Shown piece after piece: positions 20,261-30,478 of a DNA stretch of 64,000 nt; the first letter of the stretch is position 1; the number at the start of each line of letters is the position of its first letter. Location: the NCBI GenBank assembly GCA_965209085.1, contig OZ242376.1, positions 64,001 through 128,000 on the forward strand, read 5' to 3'. The translations under genes were made by a program, and so were the position numbers. This stretch comes from Nitrosopumilaceae archaeon. Lineage in GTDB: Archaea; Thermoproteota; Nitrososphaeria; Nitrososphaerales; Nitrosopumilaceae. The notes under the pieces were generated by a model. That model did no database searches. It saw nothing but the letters and a program-made list of their open reading frames with translations, and was not told the DNA's origin.

Positions 20261-21474
20261 AGGATGTCCTCTAATACCGAATCGCCTTCAAATGCTTCTT
20301 TTATCGTCTCCAAAGTAACGTTAATTTTGTATTTTTTTGTCCTACCATGTATGCCTTGATGGGATATACGCCCAGATATTATGCCAGATAGTTCAATGTC
20401 TCCCAATATTTGGGTAGTTCTTCTAGTAGTAAGGGCGTTTTGCCGAACGGTTCTTGCAAGATCCTTGTAAGCGGCATATATTTCTCCGGTAGAGTTTCCT
20501 TTTGAACGTATTACAGCCAATAAAACGAGTTTTTCGTGCAGTGGATAAGCACTAAGAGCTGACACTTCTTTGTTTTCCTCTATTTTTCTAGATGCAGTTC
20601 TAATGTGTTTTTCAGTAACTAGTTTCTTGTGTTCTCTTTCAGCTATTTCACCAGCTACTCTAAGTAAATCTATGGCTCTGCGTGCATCACCGTGTTCGCT
20701 GCCGGCCATGGCTGCGCATAAATTAAGTGCCGCATCATCAACACATCCGTTGCAAAACGCTGTTTCAACGCGATCCGCAAGTATTTTACGTATTTGATCT
20801 ACTGTATAATTTTTGAAAACAACTTCTTCCTCACTAAGAGTGCTTAATGCCCTAGGATCTAGTCTCTCTTTAAATGTTAAATCGTTGGATATGCCCACTA
20901 GGGTCAAACTACCGCTGGTTAACCGTTCGTTGGCACGTGTTAATTGATATAAAATATCTTTGCCAGTTTTTTGGACAAGGTGCGCAAGATAGTCAATTTC
21001 GTCTATAACAAAAATTGCATTTATCCCATTTTTAGAAATCACATTTAGTATTCGTTTGAATACTTCTGATGTAGACAAGCCTGCTGCAGGTAATTTCTTT
21101 TCATCTAAATCAAGTTGACGGCCCAAACTTACCAGCATGCCATAAAGTGTTGTTTCTTCTTTAGAGTTAACATAAAGTAATTTTATTGGAAAATTTGTTT
21201 TTACAGCCCGTTCCTGAATTTTAGATAAAACTTTTTTAACCACAAGGGTTTTGCCAGTTCCTGGTTTACCGTATACAAGAAGGTTTGATGGTCTGGATTG
21301 TTTAAGGATGGGAAGAAGTGATTGGGCAACAGATTTTTGTTCTATATCACGATGATGAATTATTGTGGGAATATGTGTAAAATGAAGTGTATTTCTGTTT
21401 TTTAAAAGAGATGTTCCATTGGTCGCTTCTGTTAAGAGGGCGTCAAGTGGGTCCTGTATGGTAATTGTGCTCAT
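20257..21474 (-). CDS. cdc6: Orc1/Cdc6 replication initiator
   Basis: YGKPGTGKT, IDEIDYL, GDARRAIDLLR, C-terminal winged helix. Confidence 0.97.
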   Translation of the reverse strand: MSTITIQDPLDALLTEATNGTSLLKNRNTLHFTHIPTIIHHRDIEQKSVAQSLLPILKQSRPSNLLVYGKPGTGKTLVVKKVLSKIQERAVKTNFPIKLLYVNSKEETTLYGMLVSLGRQLDLDEKKLPAAGLSTSEVFKRILNVISKNGINAIFVIDEIDYLAHLVQKTGKDILYQLTRANERLTSGSLTLVGISNDLTFKERLDPRALSTLSEEEVVFKNYTVDQIRKILADRVETAFCNGCVDDAALNLCAAMAGSEHGDARRAIDLLRVAGEIAEREHKKLVTEKHIRTASRKIEENKEVSALSAYPLHEKLVLLAVIRSKGNSTGEIYAAYKDLARTVRQNALTTRRTTQILGDIELSGIISGRISHQGIHGRTKKYKINVTLETIKEAFEGDSVLEDIL

Positions 21475-21979
21475 TCTAGATCAAGTCATAATCTTTAATC
21501 TATAATTGAACTGATCAAATTATGTTTTTTAACACTACTGATCAAGTTTATTGACTGACACACCCACACCATAATTTCGTCTCTACTCCAAATATTTACG
21601 AATACTTTCAATTATGTATATAATAATAATAATGTATTTTTAAAAAAATTATTAATAAAAGAAAGAGTGGAAAGATAGGTGTGTGGGTAGTTAACAAAAT
21701 GTTATTAATTTTTAACAACGAACCAAAATACCCACTTTTTGACCCTTTCATTTCCACTCTAGGCGTAATCATATCCTTAACAATGTTAATACCCACTTTT
21801 TGACCCTTTCATTTCCACTCTAGGCGTCAATTAACAGCATATTACTCATAAATTAATGATGTTTTGTTAATATAAAGCGCATATTTGATGGTTTTAGGCA
21901 GTCAATATTAACAACTAATGATATTAACAAATTTGAGCGGATCAGTTCAATTGTCAAGATTAATCGACATCTGATCTGA
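21475..21979. other. probable chromosomal replication origin (oriC)
   Basis: 505-bp intergenic region upstream of cdc6 with ORB-like elements (AGAGTGGAAA..GG), G-strings and an AT-rich core at about 21590-21663. Confidence 0.85.
21727..21827 (-). repeat. 40-bp exact direct repeat containing ORB elements (21727-21766, 21788-21827)
   Basis: aatacccactttttgaccctttcatttccactctaggcgt twice; reverse complement contains CTAGAGTGGAAATGAAAGGG, similar to archaeal ORB. Confidence 0.9.
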
Positions 21980-22369
21980 ATGGTAAAAAAACGTATTCGA
22001 ATAGATGTTGAAGATTCTGATGGGGCTACATATGATATTAAAGTTGAGGGTAATGTAACCAGAGAAAAAGTACTCAAAATTTTTGACATGTTAGAATTAA
22101 TGAATATTGAATCAGAGCCAGAAAATGTTACATTAAATACAGTTGGCTCAAAAATTTGGTATATAGTTGAAAAACATTATCCTGTTGGGGATTTTACTTC
22201 TACTGGTATTAGGGAAAAATATGAAGATGAATATAACGAACCAATTAAACTGAGTATTATATCGACATACCTTTCACGATTTACGGTTAAGGGTAAAACA
22301 AACCGTATAAAATCTGGTAGAGAATGGACGTATCAAATTTTAAGGGCAGTAATAAACAAACAACAATAA
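21980..22369 (+). CDS. conserved hypothetical protein, probable winged-helix DNA-binding domain
   Basis: FTS..IREKY...IKLSIISTYLSRF...GREWTY helix-turn-helix-wing pattern; divergent from cdc6. Confidence 0.7.
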   Translation: MVKKRIRIDVEDSDGATYDIKVEGNVTREKVLKIFDMLELMNIESEPENVTLNTVGSKIWYIVEKHYPVGDFTSTGIREKYEDEYNEPIKLSIISTYLSRFTVKGKTNRIKSGREWTYQILRAVINKQQ

Positions 22370-22379
22370 ATTATAAAGA

Positions 22380-25199
22380 CTACCACTCATTTTCTTTATT
22401 TGTTGATTTTTTATTATCATGTATTCTAGTTTGTAATTTGTTTAATAAATAATATGTTTTAATACGTAGTAACAAAATAACAATAACAGTAATAATAATT
22501 CCTAATACGATCATTAAACCACCGTAATCAGTTTTATAAGATATTGTACCTGTTATATCTGAATTTGCTATAAATGAAATTTGGGGCGTATTATTAGCAT
22601 TAAAACCCACCCAACCATCAAAAACCTGTCTTACTAAAAATAAATATGTATTATGAGTAGGTGCAGATAAAACAACTTCACTACCATATAGATAAATGCC
22701 AGAACCTGTAGCACCAGAGACATTTACATGTATTATTCTTTTATATTGTACAATAAGATTACTATCCATATTTACAACAACATTTACAGAACCATTTACA
22801 TGATTTATGGATTGACCGTTAACAATTATATCCGCAAGAACATAATTATGACCGTTAAAAACACGCTCCAACGGAAAAAACAGATCAATTTTACCTAATT
22901 TGACCTCTAAAATTTGAGGTGTTTGAAGCCCCTGATGCAAATTATTGTTTAATGATCTGATATTGACATTTAATTCCATTCCATCACTGGCTATTGCTTG
23001 TATATTCAACTCGACCATTTTTCTTGCCGTAATAGCAAATTCGGCTTTAGCCGGAGAATATCCAGGCTTTTCTGCAATGAAACTAACAGTATGAATTCCT
23101 TCTTTATTTGGCGTGAATACAAAACTATTGTCCGTTAATTCTCTTACAGGCACCGGCGAATCTACATGAACACTAATGTCTTCCACATCCGATCTGATAA
23201 CCACAGATACATTCTGGCCAACTCTTACGGATGCTGATGAAGGCAAGACTTCAAAATACATTTGATTTGCAAATACTTCTGTGCCAAATTTTATCGCATT
23301 AGATTCAGTAAAAGCGATCATGTCTACAAAACCCAAATCATGTGTAAACAATCTTTGATTGTCTAATTGTATGCCCCCGGTTATAGAATTTGGGTTTATA
23401 CGCATAAACGGAATTCCAAATGAATCTATCTTGTGCATAACATATGGAAATTCTTCTGCCCCATGAACTCGTTCCGGAACATCAAATTTCATTGATACTG
23501 CAGTTTGTGCCGGATGTATATCAGCATATACGGGCTCCGTATTTTGCATTGAAGCTAAAATACGTGTTGATTTATTCATTTTGCCATAAAATACCGCACA
23601 ACCTCCCGTGTCGAAAAATAATTTTTCTGATACATTTTCAAAAGATATGTTGACAGAAACGCTAGCACCTAACATCTTATTTACATCCAACATTATTCCA
23701 TCTGAATCATAAACACAAATCATTGCTAAAGGCTGCCTTATCCCAATAAATGTTGGAATGGACGTTATCATGATCTTATACGTTTCTTCATAAGGCGTGG
23801 TGGATATTATATCAGCATATGTCCGTTCAAAATCTGAACCGGACGCAAATATTTTATATGTTCCAGAATTTTCCACGGTAATGTTAAATTTTACCGCATG
23901 TAACATACGATTGTTTCCTATACCGCCCTCTAAAAATATTGAGTTAGGGTGAATCAAACCTGCAGAAGAAAGTAAAACTGTTTGCCCTTTTAATTTTGCC
24001 GGAATAATTTTTTCTATAGTGGGACTGATCATTGAAGTTAAATCCGTAAAATTTTCCAATGTGTCATCATTACTTGAATATTCAATTGTATATGGTGAAA
24101 CAACCCCCATAAATTTATCCGTACCTACACTAGGATACGCCCAAATCATGGCCATATTTGAAGACGAACCGCTGATTGAGTTAGCTAGTAATTCTGTTAT
24201 CATGTCCATTTTGGTAGGGCCGACCACAAAGGAAGTTTGAGCTGAACCAAATCCTTGCACACTAGCTGTTATTACAACCAACCCCGCCTTGTACGTGGTT
24301 ATTTGTTTGAAACCCACACCGTCAATTATTGAAACCATTTTAGCATCTTTATGAGCTAACCCAGAAAATTTCTCAATGCGTGCTATATCGGTATTACTAG
24401 AAGAAATTTGTGCATCTATTACGCGTGGCGGTTTAAATGGCTTGCCATTTTTTTCAAACCAGATTATTACCATTGTTTGAGAATTTTCAGCTGCTATTGC
24501 AGGAGCTACTGCTATTTTGACTTCTATTTGATTTTGTTCTTTTTTGATTTTATGTTCTGTATGTTCAAAAGATGGGGCACTTGCAAATATTGTGCCAGTT
24601 CCTCGGACATCAACTTTGAATTTAATATAATGCGAATCTGCAGGAATGATTATTGAATTTGGAACAAATACGGACCCTGAAGAATCTAAATGAATTTTTG
24701 TGTCGGACTTAACTACTGCTGGAGCACCATTGTTGTCTATTGCTATAACAAATCCTGTCATGGTTTCAGTTCTAGTCATATTAGACGGTAAAATTATTTT
24801 TAATTTATGTGGTTTTCCTCCAGCTGAATATACATAAGAAGATGTTTCAATTAACTCTCCATTAATATCCGCATATAGTGATACATTTCCATTTTGTTGA
24901 GGCATAATTTTGAATATTCCGTGATTTGATCCAGGAAGTACCGTTACAGAATAATCAGTAATTACTTTAGATGAATCTTCCATAATAAGAAAAAACGTTC
25001 CACCGGATGAAGTTTCCAGTGCCAGTAAGCCCTCATACTCAATTTCCTGTATCATTTCAGGCGGCATCCAAAGATACGCTTCATCTGCCAGCACATACTG
25101 GCAGGTAATATTGAATCCAAATACCATGAATGCGGCACACAGTATAAAATATCTCCAATATTGTATAATTAATACAATATGCATTTTATGACATTCCAA
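22380..25199 (-). CDS. large secreted multi-Ig-like protein with C-terminal TM anchor
   Basis: Signal peptide, beta-rich repeats (SSSNTDIA, VVITAS), C-terminal GSGIY..GSEV.LSA..FDGW motif, TM helix and basic tail. Confidence 0.75.
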   Translation of the reverse strand: MECHKMHIVLIIQYWRYFILCAAFMVFGFNITCQYVLADEAYLWMPPEMIQEIEYEGLLALETSSGGTFFLIMEDSSKVITDYSVTVLPGSNHGIFKIMPQQNGNVSLYADINGELIETSSYVYSAGGKPHKLKIILPSNMTRTETMTGFVIAIDNNGAPAVVKSDTKIHLDSSGSVFVPNSIIIPADSHYIKFKVDVRGTGTIFASAPSFEHTEHKIKKEQNQIEVKIAVAPAIAAENSQTMVIIWFEKNGKPFKPPRVIDAQISSSNTDIARIEKFSGLAHKDAKMVSIIDGVGFKQITTYKAGLVVITASVQGFGSAQTSFVVGPTKMDMITELLANSISGSSSNMAMIWAYPSVGTDKFMGVVSPYTIEYSSNDDTLENFTDLTSMISPTIEKIIPAKLKGQTVLLSSAGLIHPNSIFLEGGIGNNRMLHAVKFNITVENSGTYKIFASGSDFERTYADIISTTPYEETYKIMITSIPTFIGIRQPLAMICVYDSDGIMLDVNKMLGASVSVNISFENVSEKLFFDTGGCAVFYGKMNKSTRILASMQNTEPVYADIHPAQTAVSMKFDVPERVHGAEEFPYVMHKIDSFGIPFMRINPNSITGGIQLDNQRLFTHDLGFVDMIAFTESNAIKFGTEVFANQMYFEVLPSSASVRVGQNVSVVIRSDVEDISVHVDSPVPVRELTDNSFVFTPNKEGIHTVSFIAEKPGYSPAKAEFAITARKMVELNIQAIASDGMELNVNIRSLNNNLHQGLQTPQILEVKLGKIDLFFPLERVFNGHNYVLADIIVNGQSINHVNGSVNVVVNMDSNLIVQYKRIIHVNVSGATGSGIYLYGSEVVLSAPTHNTYLFLVRQVFDGWVGFNANNTPQISFIANSDITGTISYKTDYGGLMIVLGIIITVIVILLLRIKTYYLLNKLQTRIHDNKKSTNKENEW

Positions 25200-27846
25200 C
25201 TATAATAGATCCGCCGTCAAATCTTGTTGTTGCATGTACATATGCTGACGTGGAACTAGTTGCATGCACTCCCGAATTATATTGGTTGATCTCTGGCGCA
25301 GGAGTCCCATGTGCATCAATACCAACACGTACTACAAATTCAACCATATCTCCAGCATTAACATCAACTTCCGTTATGAATCCTGCAGAGGCGGGCTGAT
25401 ATTCCAGACGTACTTGATGAATTGTATTAAATTTGGAAAATCCACCATTATCATAATACAGAGAAGGACTAAAAGATATTGTATCATATGTGGCATTTGA
25501 CATATCTGATACTATGCTTGCTATCCCCGCATTAGCCTTGTAAACCCGTTCAGTTTTTTCATGTTTGAAATTTTTATAGACATCAACTTCTGTTACCAAA
25601 GTGGAAATTTGTCCACGATTAAGCGCAGTTATTAGCTGGTCAGTATGTTCTGCAGCTAAATTGTTTATGTTACTAATTGATTCAGGCGGTGGGAAATAAT
25701 AGTTGTATCCAACTGATATAATTGATCTTACCGGAAAAATTCTCGTATAACTTCCATGCGCCTTTTCTAAATCTCCCGTATAGTTGGAATTCATTGTAAA
25801 AACTGCGCCTCCAGCTATGCCGTTTATGTTCGTTATTGCATACATTTTACCAGCATAAGGGGCTGTCACAAATACCGACGTACTAGCTTCAGCTATGACG
25901 GAAACTGCTGAATTATTTGCCCCATACTGTGAAATTGATGCCGTATTTTCATCTATGGGCACAATCTGAGTTGCTGTTGCAATGTGTGCCAGCTGGATAG
26001 TTACGTTTACCCCATCCATGGTTGCACGAATTTCTTTAGCGCCTGGTATTATAGGGATCATGACAGCTGAACCTGCTTCATAATTGGCATCAAGATAAGG
26101 AATAACCAACTGGTTTACCACTACATTTTCAATTGTAGTTGTAACAGGTAATGTCCACCGTACATATGCATGCGGCACATAGATCAATTTTCCATCTCTA
26201 GAAGGTGGAATATGTATTGCTTTTCCATTAATCGCATCTATCATCAGCGCATCAAATTCCCCAACATATCCTGCAGAATATGGATACATTCTGAGTATTC
26301 CTCCCGTAACATCATCTGTACCAAAGTCAACATCTACAACAGGCTGTAAAATGGATCCTACAGAATCCGTTATTGAAACAGCCGAAGTAAACCCATTTCT
26401 TTCTATACGATATGGCATATTTGGTGCAAGACCAGTTATTTTAAAATACGGTGACTTGGGAGTTGGCGTTTCTCCTTTGATCCGCACGCCTGCGAATGCG
26501 TCGTTGTTTATAACCGCAATGTTGGCAGAATATGGAATTGTGATCGTTGTTTCATAATATGTTTTATCCCCAAATGCACCCATACTGACATCTGGTTTAT
26601 TGGGTCCGAACGCCGTAGTTATTTCCCGTATGTATAACTGTGGTATGTAACTAGAACCATAACAATTTTTTATTTTTAGATGCCGAAATATTCCCTCATA
26701 ACCTATGTTGATCAACTCATCCCTGTTATGATATATTCTGTATCTGCCCAGCTCTTCGAATGTTTCACCGTCTGTATCTACATATACACACAGATACGCA
26801 GAATAACCATTGGCACGTGTTAGATCGATATTTATGGATTCAAGTATGCGATATGACAGAGTTTTAAAATCAAAATTTATTTCATCTTGATCAGATTTTA
26901 CGGTAGCATATGTTATTACATTTTCATCAAAAGCTGCGCTTAAATCCACTACATTATTTGACCGTACAGCGATATTTTCAGGGACACCAGAAACGCGTAA
27001 AACAGTTTGTACGGGAGCGGATAAACTGTTTGGACTCCCAGATATTTCTATAATCGAACCTTCTTGTATCGTGCCGCTTATCCGCACGGTTTTGTTGGCC
27101 AGATGCGGATCTAACTTTATTAGAAATTTACCGCCTCCATAAATCACCAAATGCTGATTATTATAACCTACATGATTACTGTCCGTATAACTTACACTGA
27201 CATATCTCAAAATATTTGGTGATAAATTATTTTTTCCAAGCTGTCCATTATAATAATACCATCCATCAAAAGTGGGAATGTCTATTACCCTGGTAGAATC
27301 TAATTTATCTAACACAAACGCATAATCGTCAGTTTGATAGGATGCAGAATACGGCCGTACGGTTCTTTCTACCCCGATTTGATTCCCATTGCCTGTTATG
27401 ATGCTACCCTTGGTGGCCATCTGTATTATACTCATATGTGTGCCCACGGATCCTGTTGGAACCGTATAATGAATTGAATTTTCTTCAGCTGTGAACACAT
27501 TACCTAGACTGGTAACAGCATAGACATTTTTTCCAGAATAATTCCCTGATATGATCACACTGTCAGCCGGATCCAATATTGTTTTGTATGCTTGTACCTG
27601 TTCTCCGCCGACACTATCAGTAGTTTTTATTGCTATGATATGGGAGGAAATTCCCCCATTGTTATGAATTATAATGCCACTGTCATTGATTAACATATTG
27701 AGATTTTCAGCTCCTTTTAGATTCTGAATTTCTGTGATCTCTTTTGAAGTCATAGCCAACTCCGTTCCCTCCATCATAAAACCTAGTATGGCCCCCACGG
27801 TAATCGTAGATATGACGGCTATACTGGTAACCACCAGTGGTATCAT
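25186..27846 (-). CDS. giant pilin-like adhesin (N-terminal archaeal pilin domain plus about 760-aa extension)
   Basis: Hydrophobic N-helix, ENL...I.N.GG...LDP...VTSLGNVF pattern typical of archaeal minor pilins. Confidence 0.65.
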   Translation of the reverse strand: MIPLVVTSIAVISTITVGAILGFMMEGTELAMTSKEITEIQNLKGAENLNMLINDSGIIIHNNGGISSHIIAIKTTDSVGGEQVQAYKTILDPADSVIISGNYSGKNVYAVTSLGNVFTAEENSIHYTVPTGSVGTHMSIIQMATKGSIITGNGNQIGVERTVRPYSASYQTDDYAFVLDKLDSTRVIDIPTFDGWYYYNGQLGKNNLSPNILRYVSVSYTDSNHVGYNNQHLVIYGGGKFLIKLDPHLANKTVRISGTIQEGSIIEISGSPNSLSAPVQTVLRVSGVPENIAVRSNNVVDLSAAFDENVITYATVKSDQDEINFDFKTLSYRILESINIDLTRANGYSAYLCVYVDTDGETFEELGRYRIYHNRDELINIGYEGIFRHLKIKNCYGSSYIPQLYIREITTAFGPNKPDVSMGAFGDKTYYETTITIPYSANIAVINNDAFAGVRIKGETPTPKSPYFKITGLAPNMPYRIERNGFTSAVSITDSVGSILQPVVDVDFGTDDVTGGILRMYPYSAGYVGEFDALMIDAINGKAIHIPPSRDGKLIYVPHAYVRWTLPVTTTIENVVVNQLVIPYLDANYEAGSAVMIPIIPGAKEIRATMDGVNVTIQLAHIATATQIVPIDENTASISQYGANNSAVSVIAEASTSVFVTAPYAGKMYAITNINGIAGGAVFTMNSNYTGDLEKAHGSYTRIFPVRSIISVGYNYYFPPPESISNINNLAAEHTDQLITALNRGQISTLVTEVDVYKNFKHEKTERVYKANAGIASIVSDMSNATYDTISFSPSLYYDNGGFSKFNTIHQVRLEYQPASAGFITEVDVNAGDMVEFVVRVGIDAHGTPAPEINQYNSGVHATSSTSAYVHATTRFDGGSIIVGMS

Positions 27847-27868
27847 ATTATATAAAATAATATTGAAT

Positions 27869-28774
27869 TTAAGGAATTAATTCTGGTACATTGGAAACAT
27901 TCTTGACCATCTTTATGATGGCATCATATACAAGCGAAAACATACGCAATGTATCTGGATCAAATTCTATGTTCTCATTTAACGATGATTGTGAAGCATT
28001 TGTTGTAACAACGGAAGAATTGAAAATCAATTCATCTATATGTAAAAATTTATTGGATATATTATCTTGATTCTTTAATGCATCAAACGATGATTTCTCT
28101 GATATTCGTACAGTAAATCGATCACCAGAAGCAGGAGGATGACTTTTTGCATCAATCTGTATAGGAAATGGATATTTTTCTTGCACAACCATCTTTAATT
28201 CTGGATAACCTATCTCATATGTTGGCAAATCTGAACTTAGACGTTCTCTGACAAGCATTTCGGATCCAAATCCATAACGCAGAGGAGCACTACCCCAAGA
28301 TTTTCCAATCGAGAATGTCTTTGGATCGTATTCAGGAGCTAAAGAATATGGCCAAAAAAGCGTCCGTTCTAATGATTCGGCATATTTTCTGTTTATCGAA
28401 TAGGAGGATTTTGTCTCAAATGTGAGCGGATCAATATGTAATATGGCATTGTATATCTTTCCATCATGTTCTATCTTGGCTTGAACCATCCACATATTCC
28501 CATATGGTCCCTGTAACATCTCCTCAAAAGAAAACATAATGTCATAACAGGGATCATAGGATGCGTCAAAACGATATTCATAATCACATATGGTGTAGTA
28601 ATAGCCCGTGCGAGGTTCTAGACCAGATCCCAAAAACCATGGAGCAGAAGAATTCTGAGCCCAACTGTCATGTATAAAAATTGTAAAAATTAACATACTA
28701 AACATCACCGTTATCGGCATTAACATACCATACAAAATATTGTTTAATTTAAAGCCAAAAAACAAAAAAATCAT
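27869..28774 (-). CDS. secreted hypothetical protein (start probably further downstream)
   Basis: Signal peptide ending SWAQ, then WFLGSGL..GYYYTIC domain. Confidence 0.7.
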   Translation of the reverse strand: MIFLFFGFKLNNILYGMLMPITVMFSMLIFTIFIHDSWAQNSSAPWFLGSGLEPRTGYYYTICDYEYRFDASYDPCYDIMFSFEEMLQGPYGNMWMVQAKIEHDGKIYNAILHIDPLTFETKSSYSINRKYAESLERTLFWPYSLAPEYDPKTFSIGKSWGSAPLRYGFGSEMLVRERLSSDLPTYEIGYPELKMVVQEKYPFPIQIDAKSHPPASGDRFTVRISEKSSFDALKNQDNISNKFLHIDELIFNSSVVTTNASQSSLNENIEFDPDTLRMFSLVYDAIIKMVKNVSNVPELIP

Positions 28775-29104
28775 TCAAATTTCATCATTATGATTCATCT
28801 CTTTTGACCAATCCAAATTTGCTTTTGTTATTCTATCCATGGCGGATCTAGCGTTTTTTGCAATGGTAATTTGATATTTCCATCTTGAACCATCATGACT
28901 GTCCCAAACCACCATTATGTGATTTGAATTTACATACGTAATACTTTTAATATCTGACCAACGTGGCGAGAGAATCATTCCCTCTAATTTTGTTTTATAT
29001 ACGAGTCCAAAATTTGTTACGTGAAATACTGCATCAATCTTTGATTTGTCATAAAACGTCCATAACACTTTTTGACATTTTTTAATTTCTTTGGATCCGC
29101 ACAA
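28775..29104 (-). CDS. small PH-like domain protein
   Basis: FHVTNFGLVY...ILSPRWSDIKSI pattern; similar to 54511..55257. Confidence 0.55.
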   Translation of the reverse strand: MCGSKEIKKCQKVLWTFYDKSKIDAVFHVTNFGLVYKTKLEGMILSPRWSDIKSITYVNSNHIMVVWDSHDGSRWKYQITIAKNARSAMDRITKANLDWSKEMNHNDEI

Positions 29105-29179
29105 TTTATCGCCACTATCATACAGTATTTTTAATATTCTTAAAGCCCAAGAATATAGAAATTAATTATCATTAGCCTT

Positions 29180-30478
29180 TTACCCAAACCTAGCTGATCC
29201 CCTTGATCTTTCACGTGTAGTATAATCACCACCTCTCTTACCCATATTTTTGTAGGCCATCATTCCTCTTTGTACGGCAAAACCACCAATATTCACCATG
29301 GCACTTGTGCCGGTTTGTACGGCAAAACCGCCCATATTCGTTAACGATCGGGAAAATGTATTCAATTGTGGAACTATGATCGTTGGCATGAATGCAACAA
29401 GCGCTAAAACCGTAATTGATACAAACCATGAATGTAAGGCACTAGGAGGTTTGCAATCTGGAGATGAATAAGGGCTCTCGCACGTAAAATCTGCTAGATA
29501 CGTAGAACCACCTGCAATTGCAAGGGCGGTAAACATGGGCAATAATAAAAGCGCCACGAGCATATCGCGTATTTTATCGGAAAGTTTTGTAAAAAACGGT
29601 ACGAGTCCAAGCATTTCAGTTATTGGAATTATAATCATAAAGACTCCGGTAAGAACAATTCTTCCGGTTCCTATCATAATCATTGAAACTATGATCATTA
29701 AAACAAACGCTCCACGAAAAAAGCTCAAGAAAACGTCTGTAAGTGTGTCAGATATGGATTGATTGTCAGGATGATGTGATGATTCTACAGGACATTTGTC
29801 TTCCCATGATAAATCGTTTGAAAATTCTAGATCTGCTTGTGTATCATCAGATAGAGTGTTTATAATCGTGTCCCATGGACTGTTTAAACCTGCAAAATGA
29901 TCTGGTTTTACACTGTCTATACATTCATAGCTAATACCAGAAACTTTGGAGAGTATGTATTCTGTATGTTCATACAAATATTCTGGACCACCAGGAGAAA
30001 TAATCCAATGAGATACACCTTCTACACTTGTAGCAGCTATATCCCATACATACGGAAAAAATGTAAAAAAGAATAACATAATCAAAGTTTTTGTAAATAT
30101 TCTATACCCTGTGCCGGAATTTAGAAAACTTGCCTTTTCAAAAACCAAAGATATGGCAGCCATGCCAATTCCCAATCCCATCAATCCGCCCCATACATTT
30201 CTAAGCTGTGAATATTTGGCAAATGCTGCATTACCTGTTTCCTGACCGTCCACCACTCTATAATCAAATCTTGGAATCTCAGTAGTCAGATAAATTATAG
30301 AATCACTAAGAAGATCGCTAAACTGTACCACCAATGATACCATTGCTCCGATGGCAACTACTGCGCCAATCATTATGAGTCCAATTGCAAACCCTCTACT
30401 TCTTTTTCGTACGGATTCAAATCCGTCAAATGTTCTTACGTTCAATATTACAAACAATTGTATATCTTTTAAAATCAT
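29180..30478 (-). CDS. VirB6/TrbL/CedA-like polytopic conjugation channel protein
   Basis: Multi-TM protein with extracellular loop, then R-x(10)-P..LVP motif and Gly/Ala-rich cytoplasmic tail characteristic of TrbL/VirB6. Confidence 0.7.
   Translation of the reverse strand: MILKDIQLFVILNVRTFDGFESVRKRSRGFAIGLIMIGAVVAIGAMVSLVVQFSDLLSDSIIYLTTEIPRFDYRVVDGQETGNAAFAKYSQLRNVWGGLMGLGIGMAAISLVFEKASFLNSGTGYRIFTKTLIMLFFFTFFPYVWDIAATSVEGVSHWIISPGGPEYLYEHTEYILSKVSGISYECIDSVKPDHFAGLNSPWDTIINTLSDDTQADLEFSNDLSWEDKCPVESSHHPDNQSISDTLTDVFLSFFRGAFVLMIIVSMIMIGTGRIVLTGVFMIIIPITEMLGLVPFFTKLSDKIRDMLVALLLLPMFTALAIAGGSTYLADFTCESPYSSPDCKPPSALHSWFVSITVLALVAFMPTIIVPQLNTFSRSLTNMGGFAVQTGTSAMVNIGGFAVQRGMMAYKNMGKRGGDYTTRERSRGSARFG

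Noticed and set aside
29269-29339. 26-bp imperfect repeat encoding N(M/I)GGFAVQ twice
   Set aside because: Ordinary low-complexity duplication in a TrbL-type tail
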